Positions 1-9,619 of a stretch of DNA of 64,000 bases are shown here, one piece after another. A model generated the notes under the pieces. It made no database searches. It saw nothing but the letters and a program-made list of their open reading frames with translations, and was not told the origin of the DNA. Within the stretch, counting starts at the first letter, position 1. Each line of letters begins with the position of its first letter. The position numbers and the translations under genes are program-made. This stretch comes from an uncultured Bacteroidales bacterium (GTDB lineage Bacteria > Bacteroidota > Bacteroidia > Bacteroidales > UBA932): contig CAJOHV010000005.1 of assembly GCA_905234485.1 (NCBI GenBank), forward strand, positions 15,478 to 79,477, read 5' to 3'.

Positions 1-1890
1 GTAGATTTCCTGATCATGCGCCGTGGCGTTATAGACGGAGAAGTTCAGGCCATGCTGCATTCTGCCGCGGTCGCGGAAGTGCAGACGCGCGTTGAGGTCC
101 ACCCTGAAATACGGGTCCAGCCTCGCGCCGTTGCGGGGTCCCATCACGGACACGATCTGGTGCGAGAGCATATAGTACTCCCGAACCTTCGTGAACGGGG
201 TTCCCCCTGCGGCCACGACCGTGCCTCCCAAATCCCAGCGGCCCACCTTGTATGCGGCCACGAGGTCGAATTCCACCAGTCTTTCGTGGTTCGAGGGCCA
301 CGTGCCACCGTCGAACGTACGCATGCTCCTTCCCGCGGAAAGGCCGGCCCAACCGGTCAGCCGCCCCTCCGTCTTGCGGAGCAGCAAGTTAAGGCCATAG
401 GCATAGCCGTTACCCTTCTGAAGCGCGCGCTCGAGCGAGTAACTGCCGTCCAGCATATCATGGAGGCCGCCGACGTACTCCAGTTGGTTGCCCAGATAGC
501 GGTAGTACAGTTCGCTGTTGATTTCGTACCCGCCGGGGAGCGATTTGTCCCAAGCGACCGACGCGCCCACCGACCACTGAGGGTCGCTATACTTCCCCGC
601 CGGCAACCAGAATTCGAGCGGCAGGCCGAGGTTCGACAAGCCCGTCTGGAACAGGTACTGGCGGTGCATACCGGCGCTCATGCGGAGTTTGTCGCCGCTA
701 TCGAAGCGCCATGTGCCCGTGAGCTGGGGCGAAAGCCCGAAATAGGGTTTCTTCTCCGCCGAGAGGAACCATTGCCCCGCGAGGGTGGCGCTATAGTCGA
801 AGTTATATCCGATTGTGCCGCTCCACTCCGCGGACAATGTCGTCTCGAACGCACGCTGAACCGTTTCCGGCTCATAGGCCACGCCCGTGCCGCTAATCAC
901 CGGGCTCTGCGGCAGCACCTCGTGCATCGCGGCATCCGCCATCAGGCTGAGTTGCCCCCTGCTCCATCCTCCCTTGTATCCGACGGTCGAGATTGACGAT
1001 GGCAGCAGCGCCTGCCTTCCCTCCTCGGCCACATCCACGTCGAGCTTGAAGCTCGAATAGTAGAGCGTCTGCTCGAGGGCGGCGTGATTCCAGTGCAGAG
1101 CGGCCATTGCATTGCTCCAGAACATGTCTATGGCGATGTCAGCGCCGGCCTTCTCCGTCTCCACACGATCGTAGCCGTAGTAGAAGTCCGCGGAAATGCG
1201 GTCCTCTCGCGTGGGTGTCCACAGCCAGGTCACGTTCGCGTCCGAGAAGCCGTAGGACAGGGAGATGTCGTCCATATGCAGGTAGTTCCCATAGAGCAGG
1301 TCCACGAGCGAGCCGCGCCCGGACAGGACCAGCGCCGACTTTTTCGTCAGCGGAGCCTCCACGGTCCCTTGCGCGCTCACCAGCCCGATCGACGCGTCCA
1401 CGCCGACCTTTTCGGGGATCGACCGGCGCGTGTGCATGTCTATGACGCCGCCCAGGCGGTTCACGCCCGTGGCGACGGTGCTATACGACATCGACCGGTA
1501 GTGCGTGGGATTGAAGACGGAGAACAGGCCCATAAGGTGCGAAGCGCCATAGACCGGCACGCCGTCGAGCGCCACCAGATTGTGCTGATGGTCGCAGCCC
1601 TGAATGTGGATGCCCGCGTCGATCTCGGAGTTTGTCTGCATGCTCGGAAGCATCTGCACGAAATGCAGCGGGTCGGCGTTTCCGAGAACCGACGGCATCA
1701 GGGCTAGTTCGGCCACATCCATAGTGGCCACACCAGCTTTGCCGAAGTCCAGCAACTGACGCTTCGCAGCGGCAGACAGCACGGTGCTGTCCAACTGCAA
1801 AGAATCGATCTGCGCTCTGGCTTCGGTGCAGAAGACCGAGAGCAAAAGCGCAGATCTTAGAATCAGTATACCGAACTTGCGGTTCGTCAC
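1..1890 (-). CDS. TonB-dependent receptor (plug + barrel), 3' end runs off the window
   Basis: Manual translation from GTG at 1890 gives a signal peptide, then plug-like PSVLGNADPLHFVQMLPSMQTNSEIDAGIHIQGCDHQHNLVALDGVPVYGASHLMGLFSVFN. The same frame reads GLNFSVYNATAHDQEIY at the window edge. It is absent from the ORF track, consistent with no in-window stop. Confidence 0.85.
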   Translation of the reverse strand, partial: MTNRKFGILILRSALLLSVFCTEARAQIDSLQLDSTVLSAAAKRQLLDFGKAGVATMDVAELALMPSVLGNADPLHFVQMLPSMQTNSEIDAGIHIQGCDHQHNLVALDGVPVYGASHLMGLFSVFNPTHYRSMSYSTVATGVNRLGGVIDMHTRRSIPEKVGVDASIGLVSAQGTVEAPLTKKSALVLSGRGSLVDLLYGNYLHMDDISLSYGFSDANVTWLWTPTREDRISADFYYGYDRVETEKAGADIAIDMFWSNAMAALHWNHAALEQTLYYSSFKLDVDVAEEGRQALLPSSISTVGYKGGWSRGQLSLMADAAMHEVLPQSPVISGTGVAYEPETVQRAFETTLSAEWSGTIGYNFDYSATLAGQWFLSAEKKPYFGLSPQLTGTWRFDSGDKLRMSAGMHRQYLFQTGLSNLGLPLEFWLPAGKYSDPQWSVGASVAWDKSLPGGYEINSELYYRYLGNQLEYVGGLHDMLDGSYSLERALQKGNGYAYGLNLLLRKTEGRLTGWAGLSAGRSMRTFDGGTWPSNHERLVEFDLVAAYKVGRWDLGGTVVAAGGTPFTKVREYYMLSHQIVSVMGPRNGARLDPYFRVDLNARLHFRDRGRMQHGLNFSVYNATAHDQEIY

Positions 1891-1896
1891 ATCGAA

Positions 1897-3141
1897 TTAT
1901 TTCAGAGGTTCAACCTCTTCTTCCTCGCCGCCGCCAAGGAATGCGTTCATCTCGGCAAGAGCCTTGTTGACTGCCTCAACGGTCTTGGGGAAGTTAGCCT
2001 CGTTGAAGAACGCCTCAGGAAGCATATAGTCCGAACCATCCTCGAAACGAACGACGGGCTGGATGCTCCAGACGGTCATAGACTCGTCCTGATAAGGGAT
2101 GTAAGCTTCCCAGCCGAGTTTAGCCTGAGCGGTGTGCTGGATGTAGAGAGTAAGATTCATGTACTTCTCTGCAGTTGCTGCCAGAGCCTTGGCTTCTGCT
2201 TCTGTGTTACCGCGTTCTGCGTTCACGAGCTTTGAGATTTCGGTCCAGTTCAGATCACCCTTGATGACGATATTGTCCAGGATGCCGAAGGAGGCCTTCA
2301 CATTGCCGGTGCTGGTCAGAGGATCGATATCTGTGCCATCCTCGGTGGTCTCGATCTTACCCTTTGCTTCGAAGGTGGCGGCCACGACTGTCTGCTTGTC
2401 ATACTTGATGCTGGCGTTCACAACAACCTCGGTCTGGCTGTACTTTGCGCGGGTCACAGCGAAGGTGTACTTGTCTGCGCTGACCTCGCAAGTTGCTGCG
2501 AAGGTGTCTGTGGGCTTCGGCTCCTCACCTGCCATATTGACATCGGTGGTGATCTTCGCGCTGAAGGCTTTTTTACCGCCGGCGTTGACCACAGCGTCGA
2601 TGGAAGCAGGGATCACAAGATAGGTCTTGCTCCAAAGGGTCTGATTCAAGTTGCCGTCTGCATCCCAGTTGTTGTTGTAATCGGTGTCGATAAGAGCGGT
2701 GGTCTTGGAATTCTTAACGGTAATTTTTCCATCCACTGCGGTACCGTCTGCGAGGTTGTAAGCGACGCTAAGGCCGGTGCCTGCCTCCGCGTAGACTTTG
2801 TTGTCCTTAATGGAGACCTTTCCGTTGACTTTAGAGAGATCGATGAGATACTCGTAAGGTTCCTCGTCGCGGAGGGTAGTCTCAATGCTCTGACCCTCAA
2901 TCCACTCTTCGTAGCTGGCGTCAGAAGCTTCAATACTTTGGAAAACCTCTAAGGAAGCGGTGATGAGATCGGCAGTGCTCTGCCAGTTCTCAACCTCGAG
3001 CATTTCGACCGCCTTGGTCATAGTCTCATCGAGGGTTTCCTTGTTCTGATCGGGAGTAAGGACGGGACCCTTCTCCTCTTTGTCTTTGCAGGACACTGCG
3101 ATGCAGGCCACTGCTGCTAAAAGCAAAAATACCTTTTTCAT
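1897..3141 (-). CDS. Hypothetical lipoprotein
   Basis: Likely start MKKVFLLLAAVACIAVSC (lipobox Cys), followed by KDKEEK; ORF-track start 3180 is probably too early; lies just upstream of the TonB receptor. Confidence 0.8.
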   Translation of the reverse strand: MKKVFLLLAAVACIAVSCKDKEEKGPVLTPDQNKETLDETMTKAVEMLEVENWQSTADLITASLEVFQSIEASDASYEEWIEGQSIETTLRDEEPYEYLIDLSKVNGKVSIKDNKVYAEAGTGLSVAYNLADGTAVDGKITVKNSKTTALIDTDYNNNWDADGNLNQTLWSKTYLVIPASIDAVVNAGGKKAFSAKITTDVNMAGEEPKPTDTFAATCEVSADKYTFAVTRAKYSQTEVVVNASIKYDKQTVVAATFEAKGKIETTEDGTDIDPLTSTGNVKASFGILDNIVIKGDLNWTEISKLVNAERGNTEAEAKALAATAEKYMNLTLYIQHTAQAKLGWEAYIPYQDESMTVWSIQPVVRFEDGSDYMLPEAFFNEANFPKTVEAVNKALAEMNAFLGGGEEEEVEPLK

Positions 3142-3268
3142 AATATAAAAATGAACTATAGTTTCTTTTTCGCGGCGCAAAGATAATAAAATTATCTTAC
3201 ACCTAGTATTAGATGCGGCATCGCGCCAATAAGTTGCATTTTTATTTGGGAGACTTGATATTTCCTAT

Positions 3269-3276
3269 TATATTTG
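3269..3276 (+). promoter_or_regulatory. Bacteroidetes -7 promoter element for tRNA-Ser
   Basis: TATATTTG matches TAnnTTTG, 15 nt upstream of the tRNA. Confidence 0.7.
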
Positions 3277-3291
3277 CGGTCCAATTCTTCA

Positions 3292-3379
3292 GGAGAGATG
3301 CTCGAGTGGCTGAAGAGGCACGCCTGGAAAGCGTGTGTACCCCAAAAGGGTATCGCGAGTTCGAATCTCGCTCTCTCCG
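3292..3379 (+). tRNA. tRNA-Ser(GGA)
   Basis: GGAGAGA..TCTCTCC acceptor stem, CT-GGA-AA anticodon loop, long variable arm, GTTCGAATC T-loop. Confidence 0.95.
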
Positions 3380-3384
3380 CAAAC

Positions 3385-3410
3385 GGGGCCGCAGCAATGC
3401 GGCCCTTTTT
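3385..3410 (+). terminator. Intrinsic terminator-like hairpin after tRNA-Ser
   Basis: GGGCCGCA-GCAA-TGCGGCCC followed by TTTTT. Confidence 0.65.
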
Positions 3411-3432
3411 GCGTCGAGAGCGAGAAAGTTCA

Positions 3433-3568
3433 ACCCCCGCTGCTTCGCAGCTGCCCCACCGGGGCATGCCGCCTTCGCTACGCTTTCGGCGGGTGCCTTC
3501 CGGTCGTCGCATCGCTCCTCCCTCACGGCACGGCGGCTGATGCCGCCTTCGGTCCTTCGGACCTCCAA
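3433..3568. repeat. tRNA-linked ~135-bp GC-rich element, copy 1
   Basis: Near-identical to 4127-4261. Confidence 0.9.
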
Positions 3569-3700
3569 GCAGCGGAGATGCAAAGATCGGTAGGAAACCG
3601 ACCGTCTTGCTGATTGCTCGCGGAGACACCGAGATGTCGGAGGGCGAAGCCCGACGAAATCTCGCCAGCGAGATCCCTTCGGTCCTTCGGACCTCCAAGC
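3546..3700. repeat. 25-bp direct repeat CCTTCGGTCCTTCGGACCTCCAAGC (3546-3570, 3676-3700)
   Basis: Identical copies 130 bp apart; a second partial repeat GAGGGCG..AGCCCGA..AATCTCGCC at ~3640-3666 and 3721-3748. Confidence 0.85.
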
Positions 3701-3749
3701 CGCGGAGTGGCGAGACGAGCGAGGGCGTCAGCCCGAGCTAATCTCGCCT

Positions 3750-3847
3750 TTTTGCACAAGATGGAACTTCATGGCCTGGACCTTGTGCACTAGACGCCGT
3801 CTATTGAAGATTTTCGCACAAGGTCCCCTGCATAAAGTTCCACCTTG
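3750..3847. repeat. ~100-bp nested palindromic intergenic element, copy 1
   Basis: GCACAAGATGGAACT..GGACCTTGTGC..GCACAAGGTCC..AGTTCCACCTTG; homologous to 41133-41233. Confidence 0.8.
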
Positions 3848-3972
3848 CTCGCGGGCACCCTCAAAACCGGCCTTCCGTGCACAAAAAGGGCAGTTTTGCG
3901 CACGGACCGTGGGGATGGAGAAGACGAGTCGGTGAAAAAAAGAGAATCCCGTACGGATTTCCAAAAAATTAC

Positions 3973-3980
3973 TATATTTG
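3973..3980 (+). promoter_or_regulatory. Bacteroidetes -7 promoter element for tRNA-Leu
   Basis: TATATTTG 10 nt upstream of the tRNA. Confidence 0.7.
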
Positions 3981-3990
3981 CAGTCCCAAA

Positions 3991-4073
3991 GCGCGGGTGG
4001 CGAAATGGTAGACGCGCTAGTTTCAGGAGCTAGTGGGGTAAAACCTGTGTGAGTTCGAGTCTCATCTCGCGCA
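3991..4073 (+). tRNA. tRNA-Leu(CAG)
   Basis: GCGCGGG..CTCGCGC-A acceptor stem, CTAGT-TT-CAG-GA-GCTAG anticodon arm, long variable arm, GTTCGAGTC. Confidence 0.95.
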
Positions 4074-4126
4074 CTCGCCTTTTCTCGTGCGCTGCGATGA
4101 GACTTCGCTGCGCGAAGCTCATTATC

Positions 4127-4261
4127 ACCCCCGCTGCTTCGCAGCTGCCCCGCCGGGGCATGCCGCCTCCGCTACGCTCTCGGCGGGTGCCTTCCGGTCG
4201 TCGCATCGCTCCTCCCTCACGGCACACGGCTGATGCCGCTATCGGCCCTGCGGGCCTCCAA
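4127..4261. repeat. tRNA-linked ~135-bp GC-rich element, copy 2
   Basis: Near-identical to 3433-3568. Confidence 0.9.
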
Positions 4262-4327
4262 TTCGCGCACGAAAAAAGTCGGACAATTTGCCCGACCATT
4301 TCATAAGCTTGAGATGAACCTTTCCGA

Positions 4328-4795
4328 TTATTTCTGTCGCTCGGCGACGCAGGGTTTGTTGAACATGTCGATTTCGCCGGTGTCGCCGGAGTAGGTGAAC
4401 TTGATCTCGATGACGGCGCCGTACTGGTTCGCGTCCTCGGAAGTAGTTCCGTCTTCCCAATGGAGATAAAGATTCTGAGGAAGGGTAGGGTAGTCGTTGT
4501 ACGCCTCAATATAATCCATAGCATTAGGGCGATACAGATACTTTTTCCAGGTGAGCTTCACGACTTTCCCATCGTAGGTGTAAGGGCCCTGCCAGCGGCA
4601 GCCCCAGGCGCTGATGATGAAGTCTGCGGTGTTGTCGGATTTTAGTTCGAGAACATACGCGACGTCGTCTTTTTCACCGGGTCTGTTGAAGGCATACCAC
4701 TTGCCGACCTCGGAGGCGTTGTCGTCTTTGTTGCAGCCGGCGAAAAGCATTGCGGCAGCTGCCAGAATGATTGCGAGTTTTTTTATAAGAATCAA
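4328..4795 (-). CDS. Hypothetical lipoprotein (lipocalin-like size)
   Basis: KKLAIILAAAAMLFAGC lipobox, then VGKWY; start codon uncertain. Confidence 0.75.
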   Translation of the reverse strand: MILIKKLAIILAAAAMLFAGCNKDDNASEVGKWYAFNRPGEKDDVAYVLELKSDNTADFIISAWGCRWQGPYTYDGKVVKLTWKKYLYRPNAMDYIEAYNDYPTLPQNLYLHWEDGTTSEDANQYGAVIEIKFTYSGDTGEIDMFNKPCVAERQK

Positions 4796-4818
4796 TATTG
4801 TTTTGTCAAATATAACAA

Positions 4819-5646
4819 TTAATCCGCAACGGCTCCTGTCACGGCGTATTTTTCCTTAAGCAATTCTACCACTGGTTCCATGGCCTTAGGGAATACTTTG
4901 CGAAGATCGATCTCGTCGCTCTCGGAAAGAACCTTCTTCAGAGCGCGCATGAAGTTGTCCTTGATCTCGGTCGCGAGGTTGACCTTCACGATGCCATTGG
5001 CGATGGCCTCGCGCACCTGGTCGTGGGGGATGCCGGACGAGCCGTGGAGCACGAGGGCGACCGGCGTGGCGGCGTGGATTGCGGCGAGGCGGGGGATATC
5101 AAGGTGCGGAGGCAGCTTGTAGAAGCCGTGCGCCGAGCCGATCGAGACCGCCAGCGCGTCCACGCCGGTCGCCTTCACGAACTCCACGGCCTGCTCCGGC
5201 GTGGTGAATCCTCCGCCCTGCTCCTGACCGAGTTTGGCCACATATCCCAGTTCCGCTTCGACATTGGCGCCATAGGGCTTCGCCATTTCAACGGCCTTGG
5301 CCGAAGTCTCCACATTCTCCCCGAACGGCTTCTCGGACGCGTCGATCATCACGGAGTCGAAACCCTCGTCCAGACAGCGCTGAACCAGTTCCAGGCTGGG
5401 GCCGTGGTCCAGGTGGATATAGCCCTGGAGGCCGTAGTCGGCCAGCACCTGCCTGCCCATCTTGTAGGCCGTGTGCAGGCCCATATAGTCGATCGAAGAG
5501 CGGGTGAGCTGCAGCATCACGGGCGCCCCGGAAGCTTGCGCCGCGCGCGCTACGCACACGAGCGTCTCGTAGTTATAGAAATTGGTTGCCAGCACAGCGG
5601 TTTTCTGCGCCTGGCACTCATAAAGAACTTCTTTTATCGTTTTCAT
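4819..5646 (-). CDS. Class II fructose/tagatose-bisphosphate aldolase
   Basis: HLDHG, SVMIDAS, VEAELG, GSAHG, LVLHGSSG motifs. Confidence 0.92.
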   Translation of the reverse strand: MKTIKEVLYECQAQKTAVLATNFYNYETLVCVARAAQASGAPVMLQLTRSSIDYMGLHTAYKMGRQVLADYGLQGYIHLDHGPSLELVQRCLDEGFDSVMIDASEKPFGENVETSAKAVEMAKPYGANVEAELGYVAKLGQEQGGGFTTPEQAVEFVKATGVDALAVSIGSAHGFYKLPPHLDIPRLAAIHAATPVALVLHGSSGIPHDQVREAIANGIVKVNLATEIKDNFMRALKKVLSESDEIDLRKVFPKAMEPVVELLKEKYAVTGAVAD

Positions 5647-6524
5647 TTCTTGAAACTGTGTTTGTCGATAACCTTTGTGTCTGCAACAAGCTCCTTAAGG
5701 GGCTCCTTCATCCTTGACGGGTCCGCGAGGAGGATGCGGAGTTGCTTGAGGGCGCTGACGAAGTAGAAACCGTCGCAGAAGCGCTCGTCGGTGACTATCC
5801 ACAGAGGAAGGCGCTTGCCAATCGCAATCTCTTTGCCCTGCACGACCGGGACCATGGACTCTTTGCCCATGGAGAAGAACATGCCCGTGTTGCCGAAATC
5901 GTAGAGATGGTGGTAGATGGACGGGCCCTTGATGGACTTCAGGTTGGTGATGAAGCAGGAGGTGTGGAAGGGGCTGACCTTGATGATGGCTCCGGGCAGC
6001 AGTCCGTGCTTGTCCAGCCACTTGATCGTGCCCACCAGGAAACCGATGATGAAATTCGGCGTGAAGGTGATGAGGCGCGCCAGTTTGTCGGTGCCGTTGT
6101 TGGCGTCCATATTGCTGTTCTTCTTGATAGCCTCGTCTATCATGTCGCGCACCTGCGAGATGCTTTCGTGGCCGGTGAAATCCAGTTTGACGGTGGTGTC
6201 AGGAGCCTCTGCGCTAAGGCCTTTCTTCACCACGAAAGAGATCTGGATGCAGTTCCTCTGGAATATGCGGCCGTTCATAATGAAACGGTTCGTGCGGGGG
6301 AATAGCGCGATCAGGCGCACGAGCGATGCAATCACCACGTGCATATAGTTGTATTTCTCACCCTTTTCGGCCTCTGCGCGTATGAAATCGTCAATTGGTT
6401 CGCAAGGGCAGTCATACTGTGTCAAATTCTGGGAGTCGTGCCTGTGCCTCATGATATGGGGCATAATGCGCTGAATCGGGTCAATGTCTTTTACTTTCTT
6501 CCCGTCTGGTCTGAGTCCGAACAT
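5643..6524 (-). CDS. Stand-alone 2-oxoacid dehydrogenase E2 catalytic-domain-like protein
   Basis: FITNL.SI and C-terminal DERFCDG (cf. DHRxxDG); no lipoyl domain. Confidence 0.75.
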   Translation of the reverse strand: MFGLRPDGKKVKDIDPIQRIMPHIMRHRHDSQNLTQYDCPCEPIDDFIRAEAEKGEKYNYMHVVIASLVRLIALFPRTNRFIMNGRIFQRNCIQISFVVKKGLSAEAPDTTVKLDFTGHESISQVRDMIDEAIKKNSNMDANNGTDKLARLITFTPNFIIGFLVGTIKWLDKHGLLPGAIIKVSPFHTSCFITNLKSIKGPSIYHHLYDFGNTGMFFSMGKESMVPVVQGKEIAIGKRLPLWIVTDERFCDGFYFVSALKQLRILLADPSRMKEPLKELVADTKVIDKHSFKK

Positions 6525-6602
6525 ATCTAATTGTTTTAGTACCCTACAAATATATTGATATTCAACTGAATTTGTGTAAATTCGCGCCGGTTTTTAGAAG
6601 AA

Positions 6603-8408
6603 ATGACAGATATCAGAAACATAGCAATTATCGCCCACGTAGACCACGGCAAGACGACGCTGGTGGACAGGATGATCTACCAGGCGAATCTCGTGCGTCA
6701 GCCCGAGAATCTCGGCCAGCTCATCCTGGACAACAACGACCTCGAGCGCGAGCGCGGCATCACCATCCTCGCGAAGAACGTGTCCGTGACATATAAGGGC
6801 GTTAAGATCAATATCATCGACACCCCCGGCCATAGCGATTTCGGTGGGGAAGTGGAGCGCGTGCTCAATATGTGCGACGGCGTGCTGCTGCTCGTGGACG
6901 CGTTCGAAGGCTGCATGCCCCAGACACGTTTCGTGCTCCAGAAGGCCCTCCAACTCGGTAAGAAGCCGGTAGTGGTCGTGAATAAGGTGGATAAGCAGAA
7001 CTGCCGCCCGGACGAAGTTCAGGAAGAGGTGTTCGACCTTATGTTCAACCTGAACGCCACTGAGGAGCAACTCGATTTCAAGACAGTTTTCGGTTCGGCC
7101 AAGCAGGGCTGGATGTCGCTGGATTGGCGTAAGCCCGGCAACGACATCACCCCTCTGCTGGACGTGATTCTCGAAGAGATCCCCGCCCCTCAGGTGGTCG
7201 AAGGAACCCCGCAGATGCTCATTTCCTCGCTCGAGTATAGCCCTTACGTGGGCCGTATCGCAGTGGGAAAGGTCACCCGCGGAAGCATCAAGGCAGGTCA
7301 GCAGATTACTCTCTGCAAGCGCTACGACGTGCAGCAGAAGCAGAAAATCAAGCAACTCATGGTCTTCGAAGGCCTCGGCAAGACCGAGACTCAGGAGGTG
7401 CATTGCGGCGACATCTGCGCAGTGGTGGGCATCGACGGCTTCGAGATCGGCGACACCATCGCGGACTACGAGAACCCTGAAGCGCTGCCGCCCATCGCCG
7501 TGGACGAACCCACGATGAGCATGCTCTTCACCATCAACAACTCCCCGTTCTTCGGCAAGGACGGCAAGTATGTGACCTCGCGCCACATCAAGGAGCGTCT
7601 GGACAAGGAACTCGAGAAGAACCTCGCCCTCCGCGTGAAGCCCGGCCTGACTGCCGATTCGTTCGTGGTCTATGGCCGCGGCGTGCTGCACCTGTCGATC
7701 CTCATCGAGACTATGCGCCGCGAGGGATTCGAGCTGCAGGTGGGCCAGCCGAAGGTGCTGGACAAGGTCATCGGCGGTCAGCGCTGCGAGCCGATCGAGG
7801 AACTGTCCGTGGAGGTGCCCGAGCAGTTCGTGGGCGCCGCCATCGAGATAGCGACCCGCCGCAAGGGAGCGCTTGTGCACATGGAGCCGAGAGGCGACCG
7901 CACTCTGCTGGAGTTCGAGATTCCGACCCGCGGGCTTATGGGCCTGCGTAGCAATATGCTCACGGCGACGCAGGGTGAGGCAGTGGTCGCGCACCGCTAT
8001 AAGGAGTATCAGCCGTTCAAGGGAGAGATCGAGCGCCGCAACAACGGTTCGCTCGTCTCGCTCGAGACGGGCCAGGCGATCGCCTATTCGATCAACAAAC
8101 TGCTGGACCGCGGCCGCTTCTTCGTGGAGCCGGGCGAGGAAATCTACGGCGGACAGGTGGTCGGTGAGCATACCCGCGAGCGCGATCTTAACATTAACAT
8201 CTGCAAGACCAAGAAACTCACCAACGTGCGCGCTGCCGGCTCGGACGAGAAGATCATTCTTCCGCCGGCCATCAAGTTCACTTTGGAGGAGGCGCTGGAG
8301 TATATCCAGGAAGACGAATTGGTGGAGGTGACCCCTCACCACATGCGTCTGCGCAAGATTTTGCTCGACCCGCTGGCCCGAAAGAGAAATAGCGACAACG
8401 AGGATTGA
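6603..8408 (+). CDS. typA: Translational GTPase TypA/BipA
   Basis: [63 protein letters not shown]. Confidence 0.98.
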   Translation: MTDIRNIAIIAHVDHGKTTLVDRMIYQANLVRQPENLGQLILDNNDLERERGITILAKNVSVTYKGVKINIIDTPGHSDFGGEVERVLNMCDGVLLLVDAFEGCMPQTRFVLQKALQLGKKPVVVVNKVDKQNCRPDEVQEEVFDLMFNLNATEEQLDFKTVFGSAKQGWMSLDWRKPGNDITPLLDVILEEIPAPQVVEGTPQMLISSLEYSPYVGRIAVGKVTRGSIKAGQQITLCKRYDVQQKQKIKQLMVFEGLGKTETQEVHCGDICAVVGIDGFEIGDTIADYENPEALPPIAVDEPTMSMLFTINNSPFFGKDGKYVTSRHIKERLDKELEKNLALRVKPGLTADSFVVYGRGVLHLSILIETMRREGFELQVGQPKVLDKVIGGQRCEPIEELSVEVPEQFVGAAIEIATRRKGALVHMEPRGDRTLLEFEIPTRGLMGLRSNMLTATQGEAVVAHRYKEYQPFKGEIERRNNGSLVSLETGQAIAYSINKLLDRGRFFVEPGEEIYGGQVVGEHTRERDLNINICKTKKLTNVRAAGSDEKIILPPAIKFTLEEALEYIQEDELVEVTPHHMRLRKILLDPLARKRNSDNED

Positions 8409-8818
8409 TTTATTCTAAAAATTTGTTAACTTTGCAGCCCTTTGTAGTTAATCTGAACGACCTGGGCAGAGGCGTTAGTTCTCTGGCTCAGAGTGCAGGA
8501 AAAGAGTTCTTTGAGAGCTTCGGGAATCAGGAGATACTCGATGCGGACATCAAGGTGCAGGCTTCGGTGAATAACCGCGGCGTGTCAGTGGATGTGCAGG
8601 CGGAGATTAGCGGCACGGTGACCGTGCTCTGCGACAGATGCCTCGAGCCGCTCGAGATTCCGGTGGAGACGGGTTTCGAAGAGACCTACGCCCCGGAAGG
8701 CGCTGAGCTGGATTTCAGCCAGGAAGTCTACGACTTCGTGTGCATCGCCCTGCCCCTCCAGAGAGTCCATGAAGAAGGAAAATGCAACCCTGAAACTACA
8801 AAGTATTTGAGCAAATAA
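8405..8818 (+). CDS. DUF177/YceD family protein
   Basis: CDRCL motif and position immediately upstream of rpmF. Confidence 0.9.
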   Translation: MIYSKNLLTLQPFVVNLNDLGRGVSSLAQSAGKEFFESFGNQEILDADIKVQASVNNRGVSVDVQAEISGTVTVLCDRCLEPLEIPVETGFEETYAPEGAELDFSQEVYDFVCIALPLQRVHEEGKCNPETTKYLSK

Positions 8819-8839
8819 TAATTTAAAACAGTATAAGCA

Positions 8840-9022
8840 ATGGCACATCCGAAACACAAATTCTCCAAGCAGAGAACAGCAAAGAGGCGTACGCATGACT
8901 TCGCTCCCGTACCTACCCTCGCTACTTGCCCGAACTGTGGCGCAACCGTCATCTCTCATCGCATCTGCCCTGAGTGCGGTTACTACCACGGACGTCAGAT
9001 TATCGAGAAGAGCGCTGAGTAA
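8840..9022 (+). CDS. rpmF: 50S ribosomal protein L32
   Basis: MAHPKHKFSKQRTAKRRTH, CPNC..HRICPECG zinc motif. Confidence 0.97.
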   Translation: MAHPKHKFSKQRTAKRRTHDFAPVPTLATCPNCGATVISHRICPECGYYHGRQIIEKSAE

Positions 9023-9034
9023 TACGCTCTCCCT

Positions 9035-9106
9035 GGCTCCTTAGTTCAACGGATAGAACGGAGGTTTCCTAAACCTTAAATAGTGGTTCGATTCCACTAG
9101 GGGCTA
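9035..9106 (+). tRNA. tRNA-Arg(CCT)
   Basis: GGCTCCT..AGGGGCT-A acceptor stem, GAGGT-TT-CCT-AA-ACCTT anticodon arm, GGTTCGATTCC. Confidence 0.93.
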
Positions 9107-9146
9107 CAAGAAAAGCACTGCAAGCGCAGTGCTTTTCTTGTAGCCC
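9101..9146. terminator. Bidirectional terminator-like hairpin overlapping the tRNA-Arg 3' end
   Basis: Perfect 21-bp inverted repeat GGGCTACAAGAAAAGCACTGC / GCAGTGCTTTTCTTGTAGCCC. Confidence 0.75.
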
Positions 9147-9196
9147 GGGCCTCAAACGAGGGCCAAAAGAGCAAGAAACAGATACTTTTTCCTAGG

Positions 9197-9619
9197 CTAA
9201 ATATGTCCTCCACCCTGGGCTTTTAATTCTTCGTCAACTTTCTCCTTTTCCTGCATCAGAAGGTCCAGGAGCCAGTCTTTCTGTTCGTCCACCAGACCGA
9301 GATCGCGGCAAGCGCTTTCGTAGCGTGCTATGACGGCTTCCTGATAACGGTGGTAGACCATGGATTTGCGGATTTCCTCCTCGATGGTCTCGTGCTCGAT
9401 TTCGTAGGAGTCTTTATAATAATCCTTATACACCTTTTCGGAGGTGTAGCGGATGCAGAAGAAAAACAGACCGCAGGCAAGGATAACTATTCCCAGGATG
9501 CCGACAGCCAGAGGGACTTTCTGGATGAGACCCAACATTCCGAGGACTGATCCGGCAAGGAAAATTACTAGCGCGACAAGTTCGTTGGCGTGGTATTTCA
9601 GAAGGTCTTTTGCTTTCAT
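9197..9619 (-). CDS. Hypothetical 2-TM membrane protein with charged helical C-terminus
   Basis: Two hydrophobic segments; overlaps the upstream gene by 4 nt. Confidence 0.75.
   Translation of the reverse strand: MKAKDLLKYHANELVALVIFLAGSVLGMLGLIQKVPLAVGILGIVILACGLFFFCIRYTSEKVYKDYYKDSYEIEHETIEEEIRKSMVYHRYQEAVIARYESACRDLGLVDEQKDWLLDLLMQEKEKVDEELKAQGGGHI

Noticed and set aside
16-1707. Long + strand ORFs 16-996 and 1084-1707
   Set aside because: Antisense shadows of the minus-strand TonB-dependent receptor; no family motifs. The same applies to most long antisense ORFs, e.g. 6594-8342 and 36437-37786.
4015-4035. Possible TCA (Sec/opal suppressor) anticodon in the tRNA at 3991
   Set aside because: Correct stem pairing gives the loop TT-CAG-GA, i.e. 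ordinary Leu(CAG).
3192-4524. Arg/Pro-rich ORFs with similar peptides around the two tRNAs
   Set aside because: They overlap tRNAs and reflect the duplicated non-coding element, not real proteins.
3292-9146. Genomic island or prophage integrated at the tRNAs
   Set aside because: No integrase, no distant long att duplication, and the flanking genes are housekeeping.
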